DNA of 64,000 nt from an uncultured Desulfobacter sp. (lineage in GTDB: Bacteria; Desulfobacterota; Desulfobacteria; Desulfobacterales; Desulfobacteraceae), in contig OY762069.1 of assembly GCA_963665095.1 (NCBI GenBank), positions 4,320,001 to 4,384,000 of the forward strand, given 5' to 3'. The translations under genes and the position numbers were made by a program. Positions within the stretch are counted from its first letter, which is position 1. Each line of letters starts with the position of its first letter. Positions 1 to 9,865 of this stretch are shown here, in pieces. A model generated the notes under the pieces. That model worked only from the letters and a program-made list of their open reading frames with translations. It was not told where the DNA came from and ran no database searches.

Positions 1-103
1 TGAAAGGCTTTTTCTTTCAGCCGAAAAACAATTTCTCTAAAGGAAAGGGAAAACAGTTTATTTATTTTTAAAATCAGAGGATTCATGACGCTTTGTTCAA
101 ACC

Positions 104-1066
104 CTAATTAAACAGGCTTTTAATCCTTAGATTCAGCTTGTAAAAATTATCCCCCCAATACTTGGGTATCATCATCTGCCTTAACTGGTTGTCCAGATAC
201 CACTTCATTTTTTCCATTGAGTCAAACTGCCTTGGTTCATCAACAATGGTCTCATAACCATGGCCCTGAAGGATGTCTGCTGCGACGTTCTCATACAGCA
301 ACCGCTCCTTTTTGGATAACTGGGTTTTCCATTTGTTGAAATTAGTGGATTTCAGATCAGACCCGATATTGTCAGAAATGTGGTTGATTAATTCACCATT
401 GGCATCATCAATTCTTAGATATCTAATCAGGTCAGAAAAAATTTTAACCGGATCTGTTAAGAAGTCTTCATACCGGAATTCGAGAAACTGGGTTGAATCA
501 AAATCCTTTGCAAATTTATTTACATTCATCACGCTCTCTTTCCATTGACTGGCGGCCATGTACATATTCTGCACACCCATGAGCCCATGCTTGAATGAAG
601 AAGAGGCCACATCCCTGCCGTCCCTGACGATATGGATGTATTGTGCGTCCGGATACAATTCCTTGAGCACATGCAGGTTATGGACGTATTCAGGGGTTTT
701 ATCTCCCCATCGTTCCATCTTCTGATGTCTTGCAAGCTGGAGAAATGCGGCATCAAGCACCCCTCTGTAGGTCCGCTCTTTGACATCATTATAAAACTGC
801 TGGGGATCCAGTTTAAAATTATTGAACTTTTGAGACCTTCGAAAGAAACGTTCTTCAGAAATATTATCCACCAGGCGCTTTAGATTTTCATCCTTTTTCA
901 GATCTCCATATTTCCCAAGCTGTCTGTAGTAGCGCACAATAAACTGGCTCTCCGTACCAAAGCTTATCTGGAAGTATTTCCGCATTAAAATGCAAAGAAT
1001 GCTTGTGCCGGACCGACCATGACCGATGACATGAACTGGCAACAGTTCTCTGTGTTTTACTTTCAT
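104..1066 (-). CDS. Sulfotransferase family protein (Sulfotransfer_3-like)
   Basis: 5'-PSB-like motif VIGHGRSGTS, RWGDKTP and 3'-PB-like HIVRDGRDVASS; RYED motif; lies in EPS locus. Confidence 0.85.
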   Translation of the reverse strand: MKVKHRELLPVHVIGHGRSGTSILCILMRKYFQISFGTESQFIVRYYRQLGKYGDLKKDENLKRLVDNISEERFFRRSQKFNNFKLDPQQFYNDVKERTYRGVLDAAFLQLARHQKMERWGDKTPEYVHNLHVLKELYPDAQYIHIVRDGRDVASSSFKHGLMGVQNMYMAASQWKESVMNVNKFAKDFDSTQFLEFRYEDFLTDPVKIFSDLIRYLRIDDANGELINHISDNIGSDLKSTNFNKWKTQLSKKERLLYENVAADILQGHGYETIVDEPRQFDSMEKMKWYLDNQLRQMMIPKYWGDNFYKLNLRIKSLFN

Positions 1067-1145
1067 TTATTGGCCTCTTTATTTAAGTATACCTAAATAG
1101 TTACTATGGAAAAAACCGATTTTTATTGCCTGAATTCTACCGGAA

Positions 1146-3323
1146 CTAAATAAACTCGGATAGATTCAGCGGCAAGGTTGCCCCTTCTTTCATACTTTCC
1201 CAAATTTTCAGGCAGCCAACAGTCCCCCTGATGCCGTCAATGTAGGAAATATCTGATGGCGTTTTACCAAGAAGCGCGTCTGTAAAGTGGTTCAATTCTG
1301 TTACATGCCCTTTATCTCCTTTGCGGTTGACGGTATCAAGCCGCCGTTTCCCGCGAATGGTCAGTTTGACATAATCATCCAGGGAAATGGAGGTGCCGTC
1401 TGCAAATATTTCCAGCCGCTCTTTTGAAAAGGAGGACGAACCAATTGCCGTATAGACCACTGTTCCCACAGATCCGTCCATGAAATCAAAGGTGGCCTGG
1501 ATATTTTCAAGCTCAGACAAAGACTGACTCTCCCCGATTGCATGGGTTTTTACCCGGACAGGTTCTGCCCCGATCAAATGGGTCATCAAATCAATAAAGT
1601 GGCATACTTCACCCACCACCCTGCCGGCAGCAAATTTAGAATCATACACCCAGTTGTCCCTTGGCATAGGCCCTGCATTGACCCGGTATATGATCATTTT
1701 GGGCCCTATACAGGCCCCTAGGACCTCCTTGACCGGTTTCATCAAAGGGGCATACCGGCGGTTATATCCCACCATGCAGATCCGGCTTGCATCTTTGGCA
1801 GCTTCTTTTATCAAGTCACACTCTTCATAACTTGTTGCCAGCGGTTTTTCGCAAAATACATGTTTCCCGCTTTTCAGTGCTGAGGCAGTCAGGCTTGCAT
1901 GGGAATTATCCCTTGTAAAAATATATACAGCATCAATATCCTGATCATTGAGAACACTTGCTACATCGGTTGTGGAGTTTGATGCGCCATATCGTTCGGC
2001 CATCTCTTTTGCACTCTGTCCGCTGGATGCAGCCAGGGTTTTAAAAACAAGCGCCTTGTTTGATCTGATATAGGGCAGGTGAAACTGCCGGGCAAAAGCG
2101 CCGCAGCCCACAACCGCGATATTTGCCGTACTCTTTTTCCCTGCCACTTCGATCCTGGGTACTTTAAGGAGCACCTCCCTGTTAAGCAGTTCTTCTTTAT
2201 GCTCATGTTCGTAGCGCAGAACAATGGCCAGGCACTCGTTTGGTTTTTCCATTAAAACCTTGTAGGCCTCCGCAGCATCAGACAATTTAAATTCATGGGT
2301 TATGAGCGCTTCAACATCCACTTTTTTGGTCTGGATCAGCCTTAAAAACTCCTCCATGTTCTTTTTTTCCGTCCAGCGGACATAACCGATGGGATAATCA
2401 ACCCCATGTTCTTCATACTGGGCGTCATACCGCCCGGGTCCATATGAGCGGGAACTGACAAGGTCCAGCTCTTTGGCATAGAACGCTTCAAAGGGCATGT
2501 TGAAGTCAATCATTCCAACCACAGTGATCCTTGCCCGATCCCTTGCCATTGCAATTGCCTGTTCAATAACCAAAGAACCTGAACCGCCGGCACAAACCAG
2601 AACGTGATCAACACCAATGCCTTTTGTATATCTGACAATGTTCTCAGACAACTTGTCATCTGCCATATACGCTTTTTCCATGCCAAGGGACTCTGCAAGC
2701 TCCAGGCGTTGTTTGATAATATCAGAACCAACTACCCTTGCACCTGCAGCCTGGAGCATCTGACTGACCAGTTGGCCCACCAGTCCAAGCCCTATAACGG
2801 CTGTAATTTCTCCCACCCTGACATCTGCACGGCGGACCGCCTGCAATGCAATACTTCCCACGGCCACAAAAGAGGCCGCTTTTGCACTCACCCCTTCAGG
2901 AACTTTTACGCACAAATTTTTTGAGGATCGGATATATTCTGCGTGACCCTGACCACCGTAGGCCACCGGATCTCCGGCTGCAACTGCGTTGATTTCCTCC
3001 CCAACATCGACCGCTACGCCGGCTCCGGAATAGCCCATGGGCGTCCATTTAGTGGTTTCATAATTCACCCTGTCCGCAGTTTTCACAATGCCATCTTTTA
3101 AGATCATGTCTTTTAAACTGTCCCGCAGTTCAGGGTCAGACAGCACTTTAACCACCATATCTTTCATATTTCTTTTAACAGATGAAGTTTCTGTACCGGC
3201 ACTGATCAATGAATATGAGTTGCTCAGTAAAACGCTTCCTTTTCCGCATTTTGGGACAGGAACTTCCTCAATAACCAAATCCGCACTGGTTAAGGGATTT
3301 TTCTTCATGAATAGCTGTTTCAT
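1146..3323 (-). CDS. Bi-domain oxidoreductase (MDR/Zn-ADH-like plus Gfo/Idh/MocA)
   Basis: SLISAGTE, GLGLVGQL Rossmann, SRSYGPGRYD; C-terminal half VVGCGAFA, HVFCEKP, GYNRRY, GEVCHFID. Confidence 0.85.
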   Translation of the reverse strand: MKQLFMKKNPLTSADLVIEEVPVPKCGKGSVLLSNSYSLISAGTETSSVKRNMKDMVVKVLSDPELRDSLKDMILKDGIVKTADRVNYETTKWTPMGYSGAGVAVDVGEEINAVAAGDPVAYGGQGHAEYIRSSKNLCVKVPEGVSAKAASFVAVGSIALQAVRRADVRVGEITAVIGLGLVGQLVSQMLQAAGARVVGSDIIKQRLELAESLGMEKAYMADDKLSENIVRYTKGIGVDHVLVCAGGSGSLVIEQAIAMARDRARITVVGMIDFNMPFEAFYAKELDLVSSRSYGPGRYDAQYEEHGVDYPIGYVRWTEKKNMEEFLRLIQTKKVDVEALITHEFKLSDAAEAYKVLMEKPNECLAIVLRYEHEHKEELLNREVLLKVPRIEVAGKKSTANIAVVGCGAFARQFHLPYIRSNKALVFKTLAASSGQSAKEMAERYGASNSTTDVASVLNDQDIDAVYIFTRDNSHASLTASALKSGKHVFCEKPLATSYEECDLIKEAAKDASRICMVGYNRRYAPLMKPVKEVLGACIGPKMIIYRVNAGPMPRDNWVYDSKFAAGRVVGEVCHFIDLMTHLIGAEPVRVKTHAIGESQSLSELENIQATFDFMDGSVGTVVYTAIGSSSFSKERLEIFADGTSISLDDYVKLTIRGKRRLDTVNRKGDKGHVTELNHFTDALLGKTPSDISYIDGIRGTVGCLKIWESMKEGATLPLNLSEFI

Positions 3324-3342
3324 CGCAATTTGCCCTGTGTTT

Positions 3343-4560
3343 CTAGTATTTATTGAAATTGTTGAGCACCTGGTTAAAAACCTTATTTACCTTTCCTGCA
3401 ACGTTCTGCCAGGAATTATCTAATGCAAATCTTCTTATCCTGCTTTTGTCCCAATCAGTTGAAAGGGCCTTTATAATCCCTTTGGCAGCGTCATCTGCGG
3501 TACGTTCTTTTAATAAAACGCCCAGATCCGGATTATCGAGAATCTGGGGGATACCGCCCACAGGGGTCGCCACTGAAGGAAGACCGCAGGAAAGTGCCTC
3601 CATCAATACGTTGGGGCTGCCTTCTCTGGAAGTCATCAATGCGAAAATATCCCCTGCGCTGTACCACCGTAACAACCGCTCCGGCGGGCAGGCCCCGGCC
3701 AGTAGAACATTATCCCGAAGGCCGTATCTGTCGATGCGTTCCTTTATCACAGAGGTATAGTCCTGTCCCCAGCGTGCAACCCCACCCACAAAGACCAGAT
3801 AAACATCTGGAAAATGCTTTTTAACCTCAGGCAACGCATCAACCAGAAGGTGAAACCCTTTTCTTTCAAGTCGATACCCTACTGACACAATTATTTTCTT
3901 ACTCAAAGGAAGATTGAGCTCTTTCCTGGCTGCCTCCTGATCCAAAGGCTTAAACTTGGAGCTGTCCACACCATTTGGAATAATCGTAATTTTCTTTTCG
4001 GATGCGCCATGTTTTATCATAGCCTCAGCAATCTCCCCGCTAAGGGCAACAAGGGCATCAGCCTCTTTCAGCGCCCAACGAATCTGATTTCCCACCACTG
4101 GTAAATCTGGAAAACTTAAAATATCCTCCCCCCTGCCGGTGATAACCAAAGGGCGGTTTAACCGTCTTTTGGCAAAAGCGGCAGCCACACCATCTGGATA
4201 AACAAAATGGGCGTCGATCAAATCAAAATCCATAGAGACCTTCACTTTGAATATCGCTCTTTTGGAAAAAAGGGCCATGGAATAGGCATGCATAACAGAG
4301 CCAATTTTGGGCAATAGCAGGTATTTGGGGCGAAGGACATCCAGCCCGTCAATTGTTTCATAATTTGGTATCTGTGAAAAAGAGTACCATCTCTGAAAGG
4401 ACTTGATGGGGGGAAAATAGGGAACCGGGGAGATCACCTTGACCTGACAGTCCTCTCTTAAGGAGACATGCTTTACCCTTTCTTTAACAAAAACCCCGTG
4501 AATGGGGTGAATTGAAGAGGGAAAGGTGGAGCCGAATGCTAAAATTTTTTTCATTTCCAA
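3343..4560 (-). CDS. GT4 glycosyltransferase (TuaC-like)
   Basis: DLIDAHFVYPDG, IPNGVD, REGSPNVLMEALSCGLPSV (EX7E). Confidence 0.85.
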   Translation of the reverse strand: MEMKKILAFGSTFPSSIHPIHGVFVKERVKHVSLREDCQVKVISPVPYFPPIKSFQRWYSFSQIPNYETIDGLDVLRPKYLLLPKIGSVMHAYSMALFSKRAIFKVKVSMDFDLIDAHFVYPDGVAAAFAKRRLNRPLVITGRGEDILSFPDLPVVGNQIRWALKEADALVALSGEIAEAMIKHGASEKKITIIPNGVDSSKFKPLDQEAARKELNLPLSKKIIVSVGYRLERKGFHLLVDALPEVKKHFPDVYLVFVGGVARWGQDYTSVIKERIDRYGLRDNVLLAGACPPERLLRWYSAGDIFALMTSREGSPNVLMEALSCGLPSVATPVGGIPQILDNPDLGVLLKERTADDAAKGIIKALSTDWDKSRIRRFALDNSWQNVAGKVNKVFNQVLNNFNKY

Positions 4561-4570
4561 AGTAGGATTT

Positions 4571-5914
4571 TTATGTTTGTTTTAAGATATTTTCAGGATT
4601 GTCTGTTTTCTGTTCCAGATTGAACTGACCTTCCTGGACAAGCTTTGTATATGAATACATCAGGGCCAGCATCCAGATGGCCCATTCATCATCCAAAGTA
4701 TTGCTGAAAATTCCATCAATTAAAAAACCGACAAAGCCTGCCATCATGGCCTTGCCGAAAAAGGATTCCTGGTACAGGCCTTTCCTATTTAAAATATATT
4801 TACTCGACGACCGGCAGGAAAAAAAGATAATCAGGCAAAGCGAATAAAAAAGAAAACTCCCCTGGACGCCCCAATTGATGGCATAGGCCAGATGGCCATT
4901 ATGAACAGCTTTGTATTTCCCAAAATAGGCAAGGGAGTGCAACCCTTTAAAGCCATCCCCTCCGCTGCCTAAAGGATGATCCACCAAGACTTTCATACCA
5001 GCCTGCCAAAGGTCAAGCCGGCCTGCGGCAGACTGGTCACGGTCTTCTTCGGCAGCAAAGGTTGTCATAAATCGGTCGATAATTCTTACATCGCCAAGCA
5101 AAGCAAATGCGGCTGAAATTGAAAGTACAATGGCGACCAAAAGTATTTTCCACTCTTTTTTTCTTGCCGAAGCGGCAAGATATAATCCCGCACCAATAAT
5201 CCCAAGAAAGGCACTTCGGCTGCCGCATAAAAACAGTAGGTTGGCTATAAAAGGATAGAAAAACAGGCAGATAAGCTTATACAATGTATTTTTAGTGAAA
5301 AAAAAGAAGGCGCCTAAACAGGGCATCAAACATACAAGCATACTGGCCAGGAAATTTGATGTTTCCGCAGAGGGTAAAGGTATACGCTCCAACCGACCCT
5401 GTACCAGCGCCCCAACCCCATTCATCTGGACCTGATACCCCAGATAACCTAATCCGACGATAAAACATAAAAGCACTAGCATAAAATCATCTACAGATTT
5501 GATTGCTGCACGCATCAGTATAAACAGCAGGATGAATTTAACCCCTAAGCCAAACAGGGTAATACTGACATCCGAGCCGCCGGCCAGAACAATATGAACA
5601 AATATGTAATTGATGACAATTGCACCCAATAAAAAATTGATAAGATTTTCTTTTAGGAACAACACTTCAATGGGGCCAGTGTTTATCCGGGGTCTTCCAT
5701 AGCGATTGATCAAATACACAACTATACAGACCAATCCCACAAGAAGACTCCACCGGACCCCACGGATTCTCAAAGAATATCCCCACCACCAATAATAGGG
5801 GAAGAAAAAATAAATCATCATGTATAGTGCAATTGACCAGACTGGCTTGCGCATAAATGACAGGCAGGTCAGAGTCAGGAACCCGATGACCCAGAGCAGT
5901 GAAGAAACAGACAT
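4571..5914 (-). CDS. O-antigen ligase/polymerase (Wzy_C) family membrane protein
   Basis: Multi-TM; SRSAFLG, GRLDLW, HPLGSG, HNGHL motifs. Confidence 0.75.
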   Translation of the reverse strand: MSVSSLLWVIGFLTLTCLSFMRKPVWSIALYMMIYFFFPYYWWWGYSLRIRGVRWSLLVGLVCIVVYLINRYGRPRINTGPIEVLFLKENLINFLLGAIVINYIFVHIVLAGGSDVSITLFGLGVKFILLFILMRAAIKSVDDFMLVLLCFIVGLGYLGYQVQMNGVGALVQGRLERIPLPSAETSNFLASMLVCLMPCLGAFFFFTKNTLYKLICLFFYPFIANLLFLCGSRSAFLGIIGAGLYLAASARKKEWKILLVAIVLSISAAFALLGDVRIIDRFMTTFAAEEDRDQSAAGRLDLWQAGMKVLVDHPLGSGGDGFKGLHSLAYFGKYKAVHNGHLAYAINWGVQGSFLFYSLCLIIFFSCRSSSKYILNRKGLYQESFFGKAMMAGFVGFLIDGIFSNTLDDEWAIWMLALMYSYTKLVQEGQFNLEQKTDNPENILKQT

Positions 5915-5956
5915 GTGTAATAATGAGGCTTGTTTTTATTTAATATTTATGAAAAC

Positions 5957-8056
5957 TCAGTTAAGCATATATATCTGAGTTTCATTTTCATCGTAAACCA
6001 ATGAAAAAAAATGATTGGCTTTCTTAAATTTTTGTAAAGTATCGGGATATTTTTTCTTTTCCCTCTGACCGATATAAACATAGTCAATCCCCAGGTTTTT
6101 GCAAACACTGGCAGCGTGCTCAATATCGTCAGTCAGGAACATTTGTTTGATCTTTGAAGACCTTTTTTTAATATCCTCTTTCCTGGCAGGAAATAGGCGC
6201 GTTGCAAACGCAATACGCCCTAAACTCATTTTTCTGTCGGCAAAGCAGGGGAATAATGAATACTGGTGATTATACCCAAGCATCCGATTTGTATTTTCAG
6301 TATAATAATGGGGCAGTCCCTGGATAACAGCCTCTTGTTCTGTATTATGTTTAACCCAATTTGCTGCCTGCATATCGCTTTGCAGAACATAGGCGGTATT
6401 ATGGTAATTACTGACATTTGAACCAATATATATATCTAAAAGATATGAAGGTACTGCACTTAAAATTAACACCCCGAATATCAACTTAATCTTTTTACGG
6501 GAAAACCCATCTGAGAATTCATCAATAAAATATGCTGACATGAATAAAAATGCTAATGGAAAAAATCTCATAAGCTTTATAGGACCAGTAATTCGCGAAG
6601 GTAACGAGAATAACAATAAGCAAGAAAACAGCATTATTAAAGCAAAGTCATCGCAAAAAAACCGCTTTCTTTTCCACAGCAGGAGAACGCCGCAAAATGA
6701 AAGAATAGTAGCGGGTCCGTATTCAACAGGAATATACACCGGTGCTGTAATAAGATTTCTTATGGTTCTATCTGGATTTTTATTAAAAATTTTTATAGTT
6801 CCCTCAGGTCTGTTTTGCTTACTATACATCCCCAACGGAGTCAGAACAATTAATAAAAGGCTTAATCCTATCCCAAAAACTATAGCCCGCTTAAAATAAG
6901 ATGCCCGCTGCCCCTGGCGTAAAAGGAACTGTATAAAGACATAGTTTAATATAATAGCGGCTGAAATCAGTCCAATTGATAATTCAAACCCCCATATAAT
7001 GCCTATCAATGCCCCAGAAGAAAAATATTTTTTTAATGATTGCTCATCTGAATTAACCAAAATAAAACATATGGATAGAAGAAATAGGCTTAACCCGACT
7101 AAAACATGAGGCTGGACTAAAATAAAGCGATAAAAAGTATGAGAGTGCCCTGAGCTTTGAACTATATCCGGTAGCCATCTCAGGTCCATAATTCTATTAA
7201 ACAAAGAATCGTTGGTATGTTCCAGCATAATTACAGCATGCTTAAAGACATAAAAAATCCAACTATAGCTGTATGCCCCAACCCCTGCAAGCATGATAAA
7301 AAGCAATGAAGATGTTTTTTTACAGACAACTCTAAAGCAGGCAAATAAAACTGACACAAAATAAATGCCTAAAAACACCTGTACCAAAATCATTATTGAT
7401 ACCATCGAAGCATTGCTGTTCAACAACTTATAGGAAAACGCTGGCAAGGTATAAAATAGAACATAATACTTCATTGGCTCGCCGCCAAAATCAAAACATT
7501 CTGCTGGAAGACCGCGCGCGACCGAAAATGCAACGGAAACGCGCCACAGAAAATCCTGCCCGATAAGCCATGTGTATCCATAGCCCTGATCAGTCAGTTT
7601 ACCGATATTCAAAAAAGGTAAAACAACAGCTATCAGCATAATGAGTATTGATAACACCAATAGGAAATAGTGAAAACTTGACCATTGGGGAAAAGATGGT
7701 CCTGTGAAATTATTTCTTCTTTTTTTTTGATAACCGAACCACCCAAAAAGGAATGAAGTCGTTAAGAAAAGAGCTATGATAGCAAGTATGTTCCACCCAA
7801 ATGCTAACACAAACAGCGTTACAAACAAAGACCCCCCCCCCATACCAATAACAGAGCCAAATATGAGCAAATCCGGCAGATCATAATTCGTAAATGCTTT
7901 TAAGATAAAAGGACCTGGCAGAAAAAAGAGCATAAAGGAAAACAACACGGAGGAGGTTTCAAAGAGGGTTGCCTTGTGAAAACACAAAAAGGCAACTATT
8001 GAAATGATAATTGATAGAAGAAGTATATTACTCTTCATACCTATTCTACTATTCAT
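5957..8056 (-). CDS. Large polytopic membrane protein, GT-C-like (DUF2298/YYY-like)
   Basis: Many TM segments; MKYY, DMQAANWVKHNT and IDYVYIGQRE in a C-terminal soluble domain; family inferred from motifs. Confidence 0.5.
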   Translation of the reverse strand: MNSRIGMKSNILLLSIIISIVAFLCFHKATLFETSSVLFSFMLFFLPGPFILKAFTNYDLPDLLIFGSVIGMGGGSLFVTLFVLAFGWNILAIIALFLTTSFLFGWFGYQKKRRNNFTGPSFPQWSSFHYFLLVLSILIMLIAVVLPFLNIGKLTDQGYGYTWLIGQDFLWRVSVAFSVARGLPAECFDFGGEPMKYYVLFYTLPAFSYKLLNSNASMVSIMILVQVFLGIYFVSVLFACFRVVCKKTSSLLFIMLAGVGAYSYSWIFYVFKHAVIMLEHTNDSLFNRIMDLRWLPDIVQSSGHSHTFYRFILVQPHVLVGLSLFLLSICFILVNSDEQSLKKYFSSGALIGIIWGFELSIGLISAAIILNYVFIQFLLRQGQRASYFKRAIVFGIGLSLLLIVLTPLGMYSKQNRPEGTIKIFNKNPDRTIRNLITAPVYIPVEYGPATILSFCGVLLLWKRKRFFCDDFALIMLFSCLLLFSLPSRITGPIKLMRFFPLAFLFMSAYFIDEFSDGFSRKKIKLIFGVLILSAVPSYLLDIYIGSNVSNYHNTAYVLQSDMQAANWVKHNTEQEAVIQGLPHYYTENTNRMLGYNHQYSLFPCFADRKMSLGRIAFATRLFPARKEDIKKRSSKIKQMFLTDDIEHAASVCKNLGIDYVYIGQREKKKYPDTLQKFKKANHFFSLVYDENETQIYMLN

Positions 8057-8073
8057 AGAACAAAACCCAATTA

Positions 8074-8886
8074 TTAATTAACTTCTAAATTTATATGTTT
8101 TTCTATTGAGATCAACACTTTTTTTTGAAACCGATTTGAAATACTAAAGAGTATTACAGAGCCGATTCCTGAAAGGATAAATGAAAACACAAAACATATG
8201 ACCGCAGAGAGTCTTAATACTTTTATACTAAACAGCAAAACGCCTCCATGTAACAAAAAAAAGCAATAACAATAATTCTGCACGAAAAACAGCATTTCAC
8301 TTAGTTTACTACCATTACCCCTTTTAGGGGCGGCACCTTTTAAAAGAACCCTCGACTTATAGACGCAACCGGCATTGAAAGCTAAAAAATAAAACTCCTT
8401 ATGAAATACAAGACTTATGGCTAACCCAAACACAAAAACCAGACTTTTAATTTCCTTTTTTTTTACTACCTGAATTAAAAATATATAAAAATAAAGCCAC
8501 AAAATTAATGTTATAAACCATGAAATTACATATACTGGGTTATCTAAAAACATGCTACCGCCAAGAATGATAATCAAATATTCCCCAAATCCTGTTTCTT
8601 TATATTGATATAATTCATTAAAAAATATTACCAAGGCAATGACAGGCCAGTAAGGGATCATAATGGCCAGCCCCCTTTTTAATAACCACACAACAAAATC
8701 CTTAAAGGACTTGGTTTGTGCGTCAACCGAAAAATATCCGGATAAAAATACAAAAATTAGAATAGCAAAAAAGTCTATAGGGCTTAAATCTTTTCCATAT
8801 AGACTCCCGTAATGGTAAATATAAATCACAATACAGGAGAATATCCTGGATGTGCTAGCCCAAAGCTCGGGATTTTTTTGGTGCAT
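8074..8886 (-). CDS. Acyltransferase family 3 (OafA-like, short)
   Basis: Hydrophobic; R..S....YIYH, FVFLSGY, KR...IMIPYW, SWFI. Confidence 0.6.
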   Translation of the reverse strand: MHQKNPELWASTSRIFSCIVIYIYHYGSLYGKDLSPIDFFAILIFVFLSGYFSVDAQTKSFKDFVVWLLKRGLAIMIPYWPVIALVIFFNELYQYKETGFGEYLIIILGGSMFLDNPVYVISWFITLILWLYFYIFLIQVVKKKEIKSLVFVFGLAISLVFHKEFYFLAFNAGCVYKSRVLLKGAAPKRGNGSKLSEMLFFVQNYCYCFFLLHGGVLLFSIKVLRLSAVICFVFSFILSGIGSVILFSISNRFQKKVLISIEKHINLEVN

Positions 8887-8918
8887 TTTAGATATAATTT
8901 CTCACCTCGTGCTTAGGC

Positions 8919-9031
8919 CATGAAAATTATAAAGGCCACAAAGTGGGAGCAGAATTTTTGCCCGTATTCAAGGCGCATCAATGGAAGCATATTGAAAAAT
9001 ATGTGCCCATTGATGCAACGAAGAAGACAGG
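8919..9031. repeat. Left part of a palindromic REP/MITE-like element split by IS21
   Basis: Nested arms gcatcaatgg/ccattgatgc and catatt/aatatg; contains caaggcgca and gcaacg as in the repeats at 51.1, 60.9 and 61.8 kb; outer arms pair with 12384-12429. Confidence 0.6.
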
Positions 9032-9130
9032 TGTCAGGCGGGGCGTGAACATGTCATAAATCTCCCGGTTTAAAAATGTAGGCGATTAAAGGGCCGGCCT
9101 CCAGATGCATGTAGACCGGCCTCGGCTTTG

Positions 9131-9865
9131 TTATTCTTCCGTCACATCTTTCATTCTAAAACTCTTACCCTCAATGACCACAGGCTCGGTGTGGTGAAGA
9201 AGCCTGTCCAGCAAAGCTGATGTTAATGTCATGTCATTGTTGAAGATCTCCGGCCAATCTTTGAACACCCGGTTTGTGGTTATTATGATGGCTCCTTGCT
9301 CATAGCGCTGACTGATAATTTGGAACAACAGGTCTGCCCCAATCTTGTCAATGGGCAGGTAGCCCAGTTCATCCATGATCAACAAAGTTGGCTTGAGGTA
9401 TTTTCTCAGTTCCTGCTTTAACTGACCCGCCTTCTGGGCTGCCACCAGATTGTTGACGATATCAATGGCAGAAGAGAACAGAACCGTATGGTTTTTCAGG
9501 CAGGCCTGGTAACCTAAAGCAGTCGCAATATGTGTTTTCCCAACACCGACCGGGCCGATCACGATAATGTTACCCTTTTCTTCAATGAACTTGAGTCTGA
9601 ACAGATTCTGGGTCTGAGCCTGATTGATTTTTCTGGGCCATGACCAGTTGAACTGGTCCAGGGTTTTGATTACCGGGAACTTGGCCATACGGATACGGCG
9701 CTGGATGGTTTTATCATGGCGCAGTAGTGATTCATGCCTGGCAAGCTCTGATAGATATTGAACGTGGCTCCATTGCTTCTGGGCAGCCAGGGTAGCCACT
9801 GACTCATAGTTTTCCCTGATATAAGGTAGTTTTAAGTGGGACAGGCATTTCTCAAGATCAGGCAT
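9131..9865 (-). CDS. istB: IS21 helper AAA+ ATPase IstB
   Basis: Walker A GPVGVGKT, Walker B LLIMDELGYLP, ALLDRLLHH; overlaps istA end by 8 bp. Confidence 0.95.
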   Translation of the reverse strand: MPDLEKCLSHLKLPYIRENYESVATLAAQKQWSHVQYLSELARHESLLRHDKTIQRRIRMAKFPVIKTLDQFNWSWPRKINQAQTQNLFRLKFIEEKGNIIVIGPVGVGKTHIATALGYQACLKNHTVLFSSAIDIVNNLVAAQKAGQLKQELRKYLKPTLLIMDELGYLPIDKIGADLLFQIISQRYEQGAIIITTNRVFKDWPEIFNNDMTLTSALLDRLLHHTEPVVIEGKSFRMKDVTEE

